Assembly: GCA_951406725.2 (NCBI GenBank)
Contig: OX597840.1
Location: 9,672,001-9,736,000, forward strand
DNA from: Octopus vulgaris
Taxonomy: Eukaryota
Length of the DNA stretch: 64,000 nucleotides
Direction: 5' to 3'
Shown here: one piece after another, positions 29,438 through 41,777 of the stretch
How positions within the stretch are numbered: position 1 is the stretch's first letter
Layout: every line of letters starts with the position of its first letter
The notes under the pieces: generated by a model
Database searches by the model: none
The model's input: the letters and a program-made list of their open reading frames with translations, nothing else
What the model was told of the DNA's origin: nothing
Position numbers and translations under genes: made by a program

Positions 29438-29830
29438 CACGAAAACAACAAATGAAGGCTACCGTAAAGGAATGTGTTTTGTCATTGTAATATTTTGTTT
29501 GCGTCACGGGTTTGATAAAAGTTGGGGTGGAGGGATGTTTTGATGGTGGTGGTGGTGGCGGTGGTGGCGGGGCGGGTGGGGTATATGACGGGTGGTGTAT
29601 ATAGCGTTTGACGTGAGGAATAATGGGTATGTATGCACGCGTGAGTATGAGTGTATATGTGTGTGTGTATATGTGCGTAAAACTGTGCTTCATGACTCAT
29701 TGTAAATAGGTAAATGTTTTGCGTAAATAAAATTGTATTATAAATATTCACACACACATACACAAATATATATACATATATATATACACACATATATATA
29801 GGCATATATATATATATAAATATACACGTA

Positions 29831-29862
<32 letters not shown>

Positions 29863-29879
29863 CATATATACACACATAC

Positions 29880-30285
29880 TCTTGTACTCTTTTACTTGTT
29901 TCAGTCATTTGACTGTGGCCATGCTGGAGCACCGCCTTTAGTCGAGCAAATCGACCCCCAGGACTTATTCTTTGTAAGCCTAGTACTTATTCTATCGGTC
30001 TCTTTTGCCGAACCGCTAAGTTACGGGGACGTAAACACACCAGCATTGGTTGTCAAGTGATGTTGGGGGAACAAACACAGACACACAAACATATACACAC
30101 ATATACGTTTATATATACATATATATGACGGGCTTCTTTCAGTTTTCCGTCTACCAAATCCACTCACAAGGCTTTGGTTGGCCTGAGGCTATAGTAGGAG
30201 ACACTTGCCCAAGGTGCCGCGCAGTGGGACTGAACTCGGGACCATATGGTTGGTAAGCAAGCTACTTACCACACAGCCACTCCTA
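29880..30285 (-). mobile_element. SINE family A, full length
   Basis: Consensus match. Confidence 0.92.
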
Positions 30286-30299
30286 TATTTAGTCAACAA

Positions 30300-30697
30300 A
30301 AGGCGGGGAGATGCCAGAACCGTTAGCACGCCGCGTCAGCCGCTACGTTCTGAGTTCAAATTCCACCGAGGTCGACTTTGCCTTTCATCCTTTCGGGGTC
30401 GATAAATTAAGTACCAGTTACGCACTGGGGTCGATGTAATCGACTTAATTCCTTTGTCTGTCCTTGTTTGTCCCCTCTATGTTTAGCCCCTTGTGGGTAG
30501 TAAAGAAATAGAAATAGGTATTTCATCTGCCGTTACATTCTGAGTTCAAATTCCGCCGAGGTCGACTTTGCCTTTCATCCTTTCGGGGTCGATAAATTAA
30601 GTACCAGTTACGCACTGGGGTCGATGTAATCGACTTAATTCGTTTTTCTGTCCTTGTTTGTCCCCTCTGTGTTTAGCCCCTTGTGGGTAATAAAGAA
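30300..30697 (+). mobile_element. SINE family B dimer with 17-bp TSD
   Basis: One head plus two bodies; TATATTTAGTCAACAAA on both flanks. Confidence 0.9.
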
Positions 30698-30895
30698 ACA
30701 TATATTTAGTCAACAAATGAGATTCAGAGATTCTCGGTGTACAAAACACTTAGTATCCCTTGAATGATTCGAACTTAGACTCCGATGTCTTTATAGGGGA
30801 TACCGAGTAGCTATAAGAGGAATCCTGGTGAGCAGATATGGCGACAATTGTGCGGATAAACAAAATATTGAATATAACAGCTTATGCAATACATA

Positions 30896-31089
30896 TACGA
30901 GGGACGTTCAATAAGTAATGCCTCTGACCCACTTGCCGTTGTTTGATCTAGCTGAAATTTTGCATGTGCAATTATTTATATCTCTATAGATTAAGTGGCA
31001 AATTACAGCTCTGAGCTAATTGTGGTTTCTGATTTACAGGTGTTTGAACTGAGTCAAGTGTGAAATGGAGCCTGTTGAGTGTCGAGCAG
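30896..31089 (+). mobile_element. Mariner 5' end with truncated transposase start (MEPVECRA...)
   Basis: TA|CGAGGGACGTTCAATAAGTAATGC TIR-like start; ATG at 31065 gives ME..E.RA, like mariner N-termini. Confidence 0.65.
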
Positions 31090-31235
31090 AAAATGAACAA
31101 AATCGTATAATCAGAAAATGGACGAAATCACCGAGTAACCAAAACATCGATTAAACCACATTTACAGCTTGTTTTTTAATACAACACATGACATAACAAG
31201 ATACTTGACGTTATGTCATGCTTTGTATTACAAAA

Positions 31236-31622
31236 TCTCTCTATATATAAACGGCAGTTTGTCTGTGTGTGTGTGTCTGTGTGTCTGTTTGCTTGTACCC
31301 TCACCCTGACCACGGCTTTCAACCGATTCTGATGAAACTTGACACACACATACCCCAATGTCATAATTCAAAACTAATGCAGCGAAAATTTTGAAAAGTT
31401 CCCCCAGTTCTGAAAAAAATCGATAAATTCGACATGGGGTCGAGAATCAGAAACACAAACCACAGACTGTCTAGGGGACGCAACTCGACCTTTTAACTCT
31501 CAAAAAAAAATTTACCATAATTTTTTTCCCATTTTTTTTGCTGTTTTTTGGCTGTAACTCTCTAAAAATGCTTTATAGTTATTTCCCTTACAAACACGAG
31601 CAACGACGGGTGATACTGCTAG
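31236..31622 (+). mobile_element. Non-autonomous Helitron
   Basis: A|TCTCTCTATATATAAA 5' end; 3' CGAGCAACGACGGG hairpin remnant and CTAG|T. The last ~120 bp are shared with the 2487-3397 element. Confidence 0.85.
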
Positions 31623-31754
31623 TAAACTATAAATGCGATCCAATCGATGTCTTGGTTAATCTGTGGTTTTCTCTGTTTTCTAATTATTTGCATTGGTTCC
31701 TGATAAGCTCTTGTTTATCCTGTTGTTATCTGCACTGTGTGCATAGTGTGCCTG

Positions 31755-32060
31755 CACACCAATGGCCTAGTGGTTAGAGCAGCGGACTCGCGGGTTCGAA
31801 TCTCAGACCGGACGATGTGTGTGTTTATGAGCAAAACACCTAAGCTCCACGCGGCTTCGGCAGAAGGTAATGGCGAAACTTCTGCTGACTCTTTCGCCAC
31901 AACTTTCTCTCACTCTTTCCTCCTGCATCTTGCAGCTCACCTGCGATGGACTGGCGTCCCGTCCAGGTAGGGAACCTATACGCCACGGAAACCGGGAAAC
32001 CGGCCCTTATGAGCCAGGGATTGATCGAGAAGGAACAAACAAACAAACAAACAAACAAAC
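31755..32060 (+). mobile_element. SINE family C/D, tail type 4, ending in (AAAC)n
   Basis: Homology to the other copies. Confidence 0.88.
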
Positions 32061-32074
32061 AGGTAACGGATATA

Positions 32075-33230
32075 AGGTGGCGAGCTGGCAGAATCGTTAG
32101 CTCGCCGCGCGAAATGCTTTGCAGTATTTCGTCTGCCGTTACGTTCTGAGTTCAAATTCCGCCGAGGTCGACTTTGCCTTTCATCCTCTCGGGGTCGATA
32201 AATTAAGTACCAGTTACGCACTGGGGTCGATGTAATCGACTTAATACCTATGTCTGTCCTTGTTTGTCTCCTCTGTGTTTAGCCCCTTGTGGATAGTAAA
32301 GAAATAGGTATTTCGTCTGTCTTTACATTCTGAGTTCAAATTCCGCCGAGGTCGACTTTACCTTTCATCCTCTCGGGGTCGATAAATTAAGTACCAGTTA
32401 CGCACTGGGGTCGATGTAATCGACTTAATACCTATGTCTGTCCTTGTTTGTCTCCTCTGTGTTTAGCCCCTTGTGGATAGTAAAGAAATAGGTATTTCGT
32501 CTGTCTTTACATTCTGAGTTCAAATTCCGCCGAGGTCGACTTTACCTTTCATTCTCTCGGGGTCGATAAATTAAGTACCAGTTACGCACTGGGGTCGATG
32601 TAATCGACTTAATACCTATGTCTGTCCTTGTTTGTCTCCTCTGTGTTTAGCCCCTTGTGGATAGTAAAGAAATAGGTATTTCGTCTGTCTTTACATTCTG
32701 AGTTCAAATTCCGCCGAGGTCGACTTTACCTTTCATCCTCTCGGGGTCGATAAATTAAGTACCAGTTACGCACTGGGGTCGATGTAATCGACTTAATACC
32801 TATGTCTGTCCTTGTTTGTCTCCTCTGTGTTTAGCCCCTTGTGGATAGTAAAGAAATAGGTATTTCGTCTGTCTTTACATTCTGAGTTCAAATTCCGCCG
32901 AGGTCGACTTTACCTTTCATCCTCTCGGGGTCGATAAATTAAGTACCAGTTACGCACTGGGGTCGATGTAATCGACTTAATACCTATGTCTGTCCTTGTT
33001 TGTCTCCTCTGTGTTTAGCCCCTTGTGGATAGTAAAGAAATAGGTATTTCGTCTGTCTTTACATTCTGAGTTCAAATTCCGCCGAGGTCGACTTTACCTT
33101 TCATCCTCTCGGGGTCGATAAATTAAGTACCAGTTACGCACTGGGGTCGATGTAATCGACTTAATACCTATGTCTGTCCTTGTTTGTCTCCTCTGTGTTT
33201 AGCCCCTTCTGGGTAGTAAAGAAATAGGTA
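32075..33230 (+). mobile_element. SINE family B hexamer (one head + six 184-bp bodies)
   Basis: TTCAAATTCC at 32151, 32335, 32519, 32703, 32887 and 33071; flanks AGGTAACGGAT / AGGTAATGGAT. Confidence 0.95.
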
Positions 33231-33318
33231 ATGGATTCCGATAGTATATACGTATATTTTATCAATGTAACAGTCATATTGTAATTATGAGGTGTGGGGT
33301 TCGATCGCGCTGCACGAT

Positions 33319-33413
33319 GGCACCTTGGGCCGGTGGCACTTTGGGCCGGTGGCACCTTGGGCCGGTGGGACCTTGGACCGGTGGCACCTTGGGCCATAGC
33401 AGCCTTGGCCGGT
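33319..33413. repeat. 16-bp GC-rich minisatellite (GGCACCTTGGGCCGGT) x5-6
   Basis: Direct reading. Confidence 0.9.
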
Positions 33414-34180
33414 GTCAGCTCCCACAACATCGTCACCAATCAAACTTTGTGGAAAGAAAAGATGTAGCATGGGCTGTACTTATTTGTGAGTGGGGGGAGG
33501 AGGATAGAATCAATCTCCCCTCCTTCGTCACTCTCTTTAACACACCCATCGACATCACCCCCCGGCCCCTCATTTTCAAAAAATAATCCATTTGGGTCGT
33601 ATACCACAACTCCACCACCTGGCCCTTCGGTGATATTAATGGGAGCCCACTCAGAGGGAGTATTAGGGGTCAGGTTTCTTCGTCCCTACAAGGTGCCGCA
33701 CACCCAGAAAACAGGGTCATGGGCGTTGTCCCCTTCCCCCATCCCACTCCGCATTAACTCCCCACCCCCTTAAGCCAAGACATACAAATAAACAAATGCA
33801 CCCTCCACTCTCCTTCCCTCCTTCCTCTCCCTTCGCCCTTGCTCCATCTATGTCCGTGGGTCTGCGCCCGTCTCCTCCTCCTCCTCTTCCTCTCTCTCTG
33901 TTAGTCGGCGTTTAATTTAATTTACTATTCTCTTCAAGACAAGAGCTTCGATATCTGGCAGCTCTGTTGGCTTTTGATAAATAGCTTTACATGATTATGA
34001 GAAGAAAGGCACTAGAGAGAGAAGGGGGGGGGGGGAGGATCGGAAATAGAGGGGGATAGAAGGTCGGAGAGAGAGGCGGCGGCGGGGAGAGAGAGAAACG
34101 GAGAGACAAGCAGGAAGACAAACAGACAGGCAGGCAGGCAGGCAGACAGATAGACAGACAGACAGAAAGAAAGGAAGGAA

Positions 34181-34230
<50 letters not shown>

Positions 34231-34559
34231 AGAAAGAAAGGAATACAGATCGACAGACAGAGAAGAAGAAGAAGAAGAAGAAGAAGAACAAGAAGAAGAA
34301 CAAGAAGAAGAAGAAGAACAAGAACAAGCAGAGAAAGAGAGAGATAGAGAGAGAAAGAGAAAGGAAGAAGGTAAGAAATGGAGAGACCTGAAAGCAGAAG
34401 AGATGCAAACACACACACACGCATACATACACAAATACATAGACACACAAACATACATACACACGTACACACATTCACACCCACATGTACACACAAACAC
34501 ACACACAAACATACATACACACACGTACACACACGCACACACGTACATACAAATACACA

Positions 34560-34590
<31 letters not shown>

Positions 34591-35109
34591 GTACACACAC
34601 ACACACACACACACACACTGCCACACTCGACAGAAGCTAAAAGAAGAAAAAAACCGAAGTCGGCGGCTGGAAAAGAGTGAAAATAGTCTTAACGAAGAGA
34701 AAAAAGGGAAAACAGAAGACCTAAGAGAGAAGAAGAGGAACAAAAGGAGACAGAAGAGGAAGGAGAGAGGAGAGAAGATCACAGAGATGAGGAAGGAGAG
34801 GAAGGGGAGGAAGAAGAAGAGGAGAGCTGCAAGAGACAGAATAATTCCACAAGGTTTGTGAAATGAAAGCTGCAAGATGATAAAGACGGTTGGCGGTTTG
34901 TGGGAATTGGACAGGAAGTGAAAGAGAGGAGGAAAGAGAGAGAGAGGAGAGAGAGAGGGGGTTGAGAGAGGGGGCTGCAGGGGGTGGAGAGTGTTGCATG
35001 CTGGGATAACCTGGGACTGTTTGGTGTTAATTGAATACGAAAATTGAATAAAAAATTATTGATTGATAAGAAAATACACGTGTGTATACATACATACATA
35101 CATACATAC

Positions 35110-35156
<47 letters not shown>

Positions 35157-35239
35157 TGTATATATATATATATATATATACATTGCGTCTGTTGGTGGGA
35201 GAGAGGCGAATAGGGAGGTGGTTGTGTCTCTGAGGTTGT

Positions 35240-35282
35240 GGTGATGATGATGATAATGATGATGATGATGATGGTGATGAGA

Positions 35283-35321
<39 letters not shown>

Positions 35322-35367
35322 GTGGTGGTGATGGTGGTGGTGATGATGATGATGATGATAATGATGA

Positions 35368-35398
<31 letters not shown>

Positions 35399-35475
35399 GG
35401 TGGTGGTGGTGATGATGATGATGGTGACGATGATGATGATGATGATTATGATGATGATGATGGTGGTGGTGGTGG

Positions 35476-35528
<53 letters not shown>

Positions 35529-35605
35529 GTGATGGTAGTGGTTGTAGTGATGGTGATGATGATGATGATGATAATGATGATGATGATGGTGATGATGATG
35601 ATGAC

Positions 35606-35650
<45 letters not shown>

Positions 35651-35660
35651 GGTGATGATG
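35240..35660. repeat. (GAT)n/(GGT)n triplet repeat
   Basis: Direct reading. Confidence 0.97.
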
Positions 35661-35782
35661 AGAACGGCGTCGACGGTAGCGATGGCGACGTTGATGAGAA
35701 GGATGGAAGATGTAGGTGAGCAGGTGAAGGATGAAAACGGGAAGAGAAGAGTGGTTCTGAAATCTCGGTGTTTGATGAGGCG

Positions 35783-35876
35783 GCAAACACACAGACGCAA
35801 ACACACAGACGCAAACACACAGACGCAAACACACAGACGCAAACACACAGACGCGAACACACAGACGCAAACACAC
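35783..35876. repeat. 14-bp tandem repeat GCAAACACACAGAC x6-7
   Basis: Direct reading. Confidence 0.9.
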
Positions 35877-36204
35877 TCACTCACTCAGGCACACACAGAC
35901 ACTCACATGTACACATACAGCCACACACAGACGAACTCATAAACGCGCACACAGATATGTATTCACTCACACACGCGTGTATACAAACACAAAACATATT
36001 TATCAAATACAGATATGTACATACATAGGCTCATAGGCATATATCTATGTATGCATGTGTGTATAGGTATGTATGAATGGATGCAGGTATGTATGCCTGT
36101 ATGTGTGTGCATGTATGTATAGTTATACATACATGCACACACATACAGGCATACATACCTGCATCCATTCATACATACATATACACACAGACAGAAAGAC
36201 AGGC

Positions 36205-36238
<34 letters not shown>

Positions 36239-36362
36239 GTAGATAGATAGATAGATAGATAGATAGGTAGATAGATAGATAGATAGATAGATAGACAGAT
36301 AGATAGATAGAGCTATATATATATTTAGCTGTGGTTATGTGTGTATATATATGCATACATTT

Positions 36363-36424
<62 letters not shown>

Positions 36425-36426
<2 letters not shown>

Positions 36427-36589
36427 TTGTTTCTCTCCTTGTTTCTTTTCTGTGTATCTTTCTGTCGAAGAGCGTAGGTTCGAAACGTAAAAGACTTGTT
36501 TTATTTCTATTCCTGAGCGCCATACTAGTACATTGTTTGTTTGTACTCCACCTGCCTTCGTCTTTTGTTTATTTTCGTAAACCTTCCCG

Positions 36590-36590
<1 letters not shown>
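36425..36590 (+). mobile_element. Penelope-like fragment family P1 (hammerhead-like motif 36457-36494)
   Basis: Homologous to 7452-7660; core CTGTCGA. Confidence 0.65.
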
Positions 36591-36647
<57 letters not shown>

Positions 36648-36649
36648 TA

Positions 36650-36795
36650 TACCGGAGTACTCAAATACCAGTGGTAGAGTAATATGCTTTATTTAATTGA
36701 TATATCGGTTCCATTCTAGCAAAAACTGTCTGATGAACGGCAACGAGAATCTCAGAGTAACAGATTTTGTTGAATTTTCTGCTGCTTTAAATAAA

Positions 36796-36797
<2 letters not shown>
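36650..36797. mobile_element. Second copy of family P3 with left palindrome arm deleted; hammerhead 36717-36772 has GAAA>GAAT
   Basis: Near-identical to 28271-28350 joined to 28433-28530. Confidence 0.8.
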
Positions 36798-36849
<52 letters not shown>

Positions 36850-36851
<2 letters not shown>

Positions 36852-37050
36852 AATCCCCACAAAAAACGATAAACAGACACAAGAAAAAACAACAACGCGA
36901 GGACGTGGTATATGCAAAGTATTAGCCGACGTTCAAGGAAGGAAAGAAAGGTGATTTTACGTTTCGAGCAACGCTCTTCTTCAGAAACAAGAAACAGAGG
37001 AAAGTCCAAGAGAAAAGGAAGACGGGGAAAAAAATGTCCAACGATTCACA
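36850..37050 (-). mobile_element. Penelope-like fragment family P4 with hammerhead-like motif (36955-36988)
   Basis: Minus strand TTT-CTGAAGA-A-GAGC gtt GCTC-GAAA-CG-TA-AAA; related 3' piece at ~5760-5857. Confidence 0.6.
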
Positions 37051-37069
37051 TGACAATATACATAGACAA

Positions 37070-37139
<70 letters not shown>

Positions 37140-37141
<2 letters not shown>

Positions 37142-37412
37142 GAGACCTCCTTCGGTCATGACTGACCGTAGGATTGCACCTAGAAAGTTACCCTCTGAGG
37201 TTGTTTGTCGAAGGCCAGCAGTCGCCCATACCATACCCTCTCCACGCCACTGATGTTGTCCAACGGAAAGGCAAAGGGGCCGATACAGCTTGGTACCTGT
37301 GACATCGCAACTCATCTCTACAGCTGAGTGAACTGGAGCAATGTGAGATAAAGTGTCTTGCTCAACATCACGATCGTAAGCTCGACGCTCTAACCAGTGA
37401 GCCATGCGCCTT
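37140..37412 (-). mobile_element. SINE family E with internal deletions
   Basis: tRNA-like head GGCGCATGGCTCACTGGTTAGAGCG; homologous to 11748-12003. Confidence 0.75.
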
Positions 37413-38156
37413 CACAGACATATATATATATATATGTATATATAATATATGTTTTTTTATATAATTTTCATATGTCTTGCCCGCATATTGTTCTGGTGTC
37501 TGCTGAATTTTTCTCTAGAGAACATTCTTTTCTTTGTAGTTTGATCGTAGGTGATCTACTTCTAGCATACGGCTGACCACTTAGTGGTATTTTAGCTCTT
37601 TAAATATACATATATATATATATATATAAGCATTGTGCTCTTCACATTGTTTATATCTCACACACGTTCCCTACACACACCTTCTCGTACACATTCATTC
37701 ACTCCCCCTTTCTCTCTCACACAGACTCATACATACGCGCGCACACACATACACAAATACACACACACACACATTGAACCATTCATTTACTTCATCCCCT
37801 AAAATCGGAATATGTCTGAGCAGAGTGGTGGCGGTGGGCCGGCAGGCTTGGCAGGGTGTGGTGAGATTTGACTTGATGGTGGTGGTAGTGGTAGTGGTGG
37901 TGGTAGTGGTGGTAGTAGTGGTGGTGGTGGTGGTGGTGTGGTAGGGAACGAGACTGCAGAGGTGGGGAGTGAAGCGTGGTGTGGGTGGGCTGACAATCTC
38001 ATAGAAATTTTAATTAAACTAAGTTAATTAATCTTAATACGATTCTTAATTAAGACACAGATGATAGGGGTATCTGGGGTGGCCAGTCGTGGTGGTGGTG
38101 GTGGGGGGGTACGTCAGCTTTGGTTGACGGGTGTAGAATATTTGAAGCTTTAATTC

Positions 38157-38331
38157 GAGTATCGGTAACCTTTTTCGAGAAACGGGCCGCATCAGACATT
38201 GTTCATTAACAGGTGGGCCGCACTACTAAAAATTTTAACAATCTTTATTTTCCCCGTGAAATTAGGCATACCATTTATAAAGTCCCGTGGGCCGCACTTT
38301 GCCCAAGATTGCTCTATACCTAAATGTTAGT
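38157..38331. mobile_element. Decayed hAT(Charlie)-like MITE
   Basis: TCGGTAACCTTTT start, three GGGCCGCA subterminal motifs, GGGCCGCACTTTGCCCAA end. Confidence 0.5.
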
Positions 38332-38779
38332 GTATACCGTTGTGCTTCTGGGTATGTTCGATCCGAGATCAGTTCCTGATCGAATGGGCCGATCAAAGTA
38401 ACACAGATCAACCAGCGAGGCAATCTACAACTTGGTCAACCGAGCAGCTAGAAATAAGAACCAAATGAGTCTCAAATCAAGCCTTCTCGTTAAAAGTAAA
38501 AAACAAAGAATGTGAACAGATAGTAAAACAGAAAAAAATCTGATGGGACTGTCACGGACGAAACGTCATCGGTTTTCGATCGAATATAGTTGTATTCCTT
38601 GAAGCTTAAAAAAACGACGGTTACTGAGGCAGACACTTTAGATAACGTAGTCCTAGATACACTATGACCATATCTATGTCGGCATTTTGGGTACTGGCAA
38701 AAATGCAGATATTTAGAATGTCGAATCTCTCTCTTTCTCACAATACATATATATATATATGTGTGTGTGTGTGTGTTAA

Positions 38780-38990
38780 ATAAAATGAGACAACAAAGCC
38801 AAGGCTGTGTGGAAATTATAGGACATTTTATAAAGAGGCGGGTAGCCTTACAGCTGTTTCTGGGATGTTAGGGATATCCCTTCATCAGAAACGATATCAG
38901 AAAGTTAGCTAGAGGGAAATAGTGGAGTTCAATATAAAGAATTATTTTGAAAAAGATGGATATAGGAAGTATAAGGGGGAAAAGAGAATA
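38780..38990 (-). mobile_element. Penelope-like fragment family P5 with hammerhead-like motif (38845-38892)
   Basis: Minus strand GTTT-CTGATGA-A-GGGAT..ATCCC-A-GAAA-CAGCT-GTA-AGGC; palindromic ACAGCTGT stem III; related truncated copy at ~13360-13500. Confidence 0.58.
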
Positions 38991-39006
38991 GATAGAAAGA
39001 TAGATG

Positions 39007-39090
<84 letters not shown>

Positions 39091-39102
39091 TAGATACATA
39101 TA

Positions 39103-39135
<33 letters not shown>

Positions 39136-39148
39136 GTATATATATATA

Positions 39149-39303
<155 letters not shown>

Positions 39304-39314
39304 GATATAGATAT

Positions 39315-39361
<47 letters not shown>

Positions 39362-39400
39362 CATATATATATAAGTATATATATAGAGAGAGAGATAGAC

Positions 39401-39431
<31 letters not shown>

Positions 39432-39783
39432 CAGACAGATAGATAGATAATGAGACAGACACACAGACAGACAGAGAGTCAGAGAGACAGATCAGACAGC
39501 TACACAAGCAAGCTGCCAGAATGTAAGATCAATGAAGTGAACTTAATGATAACAATATCCATTGCACCGCATCTGCGTCTTAAAAAGTGTTTTAAACAGA
39601 AACAACAACACCACCAACAACAGCAATAAAAACAACGTACATTAAGCAGCTGCAACATAAATAGAGACAGTCTACTGGGCCGTAAACCATCACAATTAAT
39701 GGTGTAGTCTAAGTCCACATTAGTCGTTTCCGCTGTAACATCTGCCAGAATTTGCGATCATATTGAAATAAAATGAACAGTAT

Positions 39784-39950
39784 AGGCGCAGGAGTGGCTG
39801 TGTGGTAAAGTAGCTTCCTTACCAACCACATTGTCCCGGGTTCAGTCCCACTGCGTGGCACCTTGAGCAAGTGTCTTCTACAATAGCCTCGGGCCGACCA
39901 AAGCCTTGTGAGTGGATTTGGCAGACGGAAACTGAAAGAAGCCTGTCGTA

Positions 39951-39993
<43 letters not shown>

Positions 39994-40210
39994 ATATGTT
40001 TGTGTGTCTGTGTTTGTCACCCCAGCATCCCTTGACAACCGATGCTGGTGTGTTTACATCCCCCGTCACTTAGCGGTTCGGCAAAAGAGACCGATAGAAT
40101 AGGTACTGGGCTTACAAAGAATAAGTCCCGGGGTCGATTTGCTCGACTAAAGGCGGTGCTCCAGCATGGCCGCAGTCAAATGACTGAAACAAGTAAAAGA
40201 GTAAAAGAGT
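39784..40210 (+). mobile_element. SINE family A, full length
   Basis: Consensus match. Confidence 0.93.
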
Positions 40211-40410
40211 ATATATATATATGTATGTATGTATGTACGTATGAAATTCTGCGGGGGTCGACTTTGCCTTTCATCCTTTCGGGGTCGATAAATTAAGTAC
40301 CAGTTACGCACTGGGGTCGATGTAATCGACTTAATCCGTTTGTATGTCCTTGTTTGTCCTCTCTGTGTTTAGCCCCTTGTGGGTAGTAAAGAAATATGTA
40401 TGCATGTATG

Positions 40411-40444
<34 letters not shown>

Positions 40445-40454
40445 TGTATGTATG

Positions 40455-40485
<31 letters not shown>

Positions 40486-40509
40486 GTATGTATGTATGTA
40501 TAATTATAA

Positions 40510-40737
40510 TAAGGGCTTAGAAAGAAATCTTCTAGCCTATATACTGAGAAATAGACGCTAAATTGTCTCACCACTCAAAGAAGTCACAAACACCTGTGCT
40601 GAATTCAACAAGCCAACGGAAATAATTGGTTTATTGCGTCGAATTCAGCACATGTGTTTATGATTTCTTTATGTGGTGAGACGATCTAGCGACTATTTCA
40701 CAGCATACGGGCTAGGAAACTTTATTCTAAAACCTTA
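40510..40737. mobile_element. Fold-back MITE, ~97-bp imperfect arms, 34-bp loop, TA ends
   Basis: 40510-40606 is the approximate reverse complement of 40641-40737. Confidence 0.85.
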
Positions 40738-41152
40738 CTCTTTTACTCTTTTACTCTTTTACTTGTTTCGGTCATTTGACTGCGGCCATGCTGGAGCACC
40801 GCCTTTAGTCGAGCAACTCGACCCCGGGACTTATTCTTTTTTGTAAGCACAGTACTTATTCTATCGGTCCTGTTTTGCCGAACCGCTAAGTGACGGGGAC
40901 ATAAACACACCAGCATCGGTTGTCAAGCAATGCTAGGGGGACAGACACAGACACACAAACATACACGCATATATATATATATATACATATATACGACGGG
41001 CTTCTTTCAGTTTCCGTCTACCAAATCCACTCACAAGGCTTTGGTCGACCCGAGGCTGTAGAAGAAAAACACTTGCCCAAGGTGCCACGAAGTGGGACTG
41101 AACCCGGAACCATGTGGTTGGTTAAGCAAACTACTTACCACACAGCCACTCC
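40735..41152 (-). mobile_element. SINE family A, full length
   Basis: Consensus match. Confidence 0.92.
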
Positions 41153-41704
41153 TTATTTATAATTATACATATAATTTCACACTTATTGGTTTCCTTTTAT
41201 ATGTGTGAGAGTGTGTGAGTATGTGTATAAATATATGTGTGTGTATATATATGTAAATACGTCATGGATATTTGAACAATAGAGTGTTACATAACGTACG
41301 CCATTTTCTGATATTACGTTTCGATATTCAAATATGGCTGCTAATATCGTTGTTCATGATTCACATGGTTTCCCAACGATGATAAGAGCTCTTCGTTCTA
41401 ATATTCCGCTTCGTTAAACAAATAACGACATGGTTAATCTATTTATTCCTTCATTGCTCTATTCCTTTATTCCAAATGCATTCTCATTTCAACCTCATTA
41501 GATCTCGTTGGTACATGTTTAACATTTTAAGCCTAATGTACTTATAGAAAAACAATCTTATTTGCTTATGTATAGAAACCAGATAAAGAGCTGGGAGCGT
41601 TCTCATTACGAAGACAAAAAAAAAATGTTTATTGGTGTGTTTGTAGTTACAACGTGACTGCTTTGTAAATAGCTGTACCACGTGATTAGTTGTATGTTGC
41701 TCAA

Positions 41705-41776
<72 letters not shown>

Positions 41777-41777
41777 C

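Noticed and set aside
32120-32310. Ribozyme within the SINE B 184-bp unit (retrozyme hypothesis)
   Set aside because: No CUGANGA/GAAA hammerhead core found on either strand by eye.
34779-35942. Poly-His / poly-Met ORFs
   Set aside because: GAT/GGT triplet repeats open in most frames.
38533-38576. CTGATGG...GAAACGTC hammerhead-like string
   Set aside because: A9 is mutated, stem I is only 2 bp and there is no TA-flanked element context; possibly chance.
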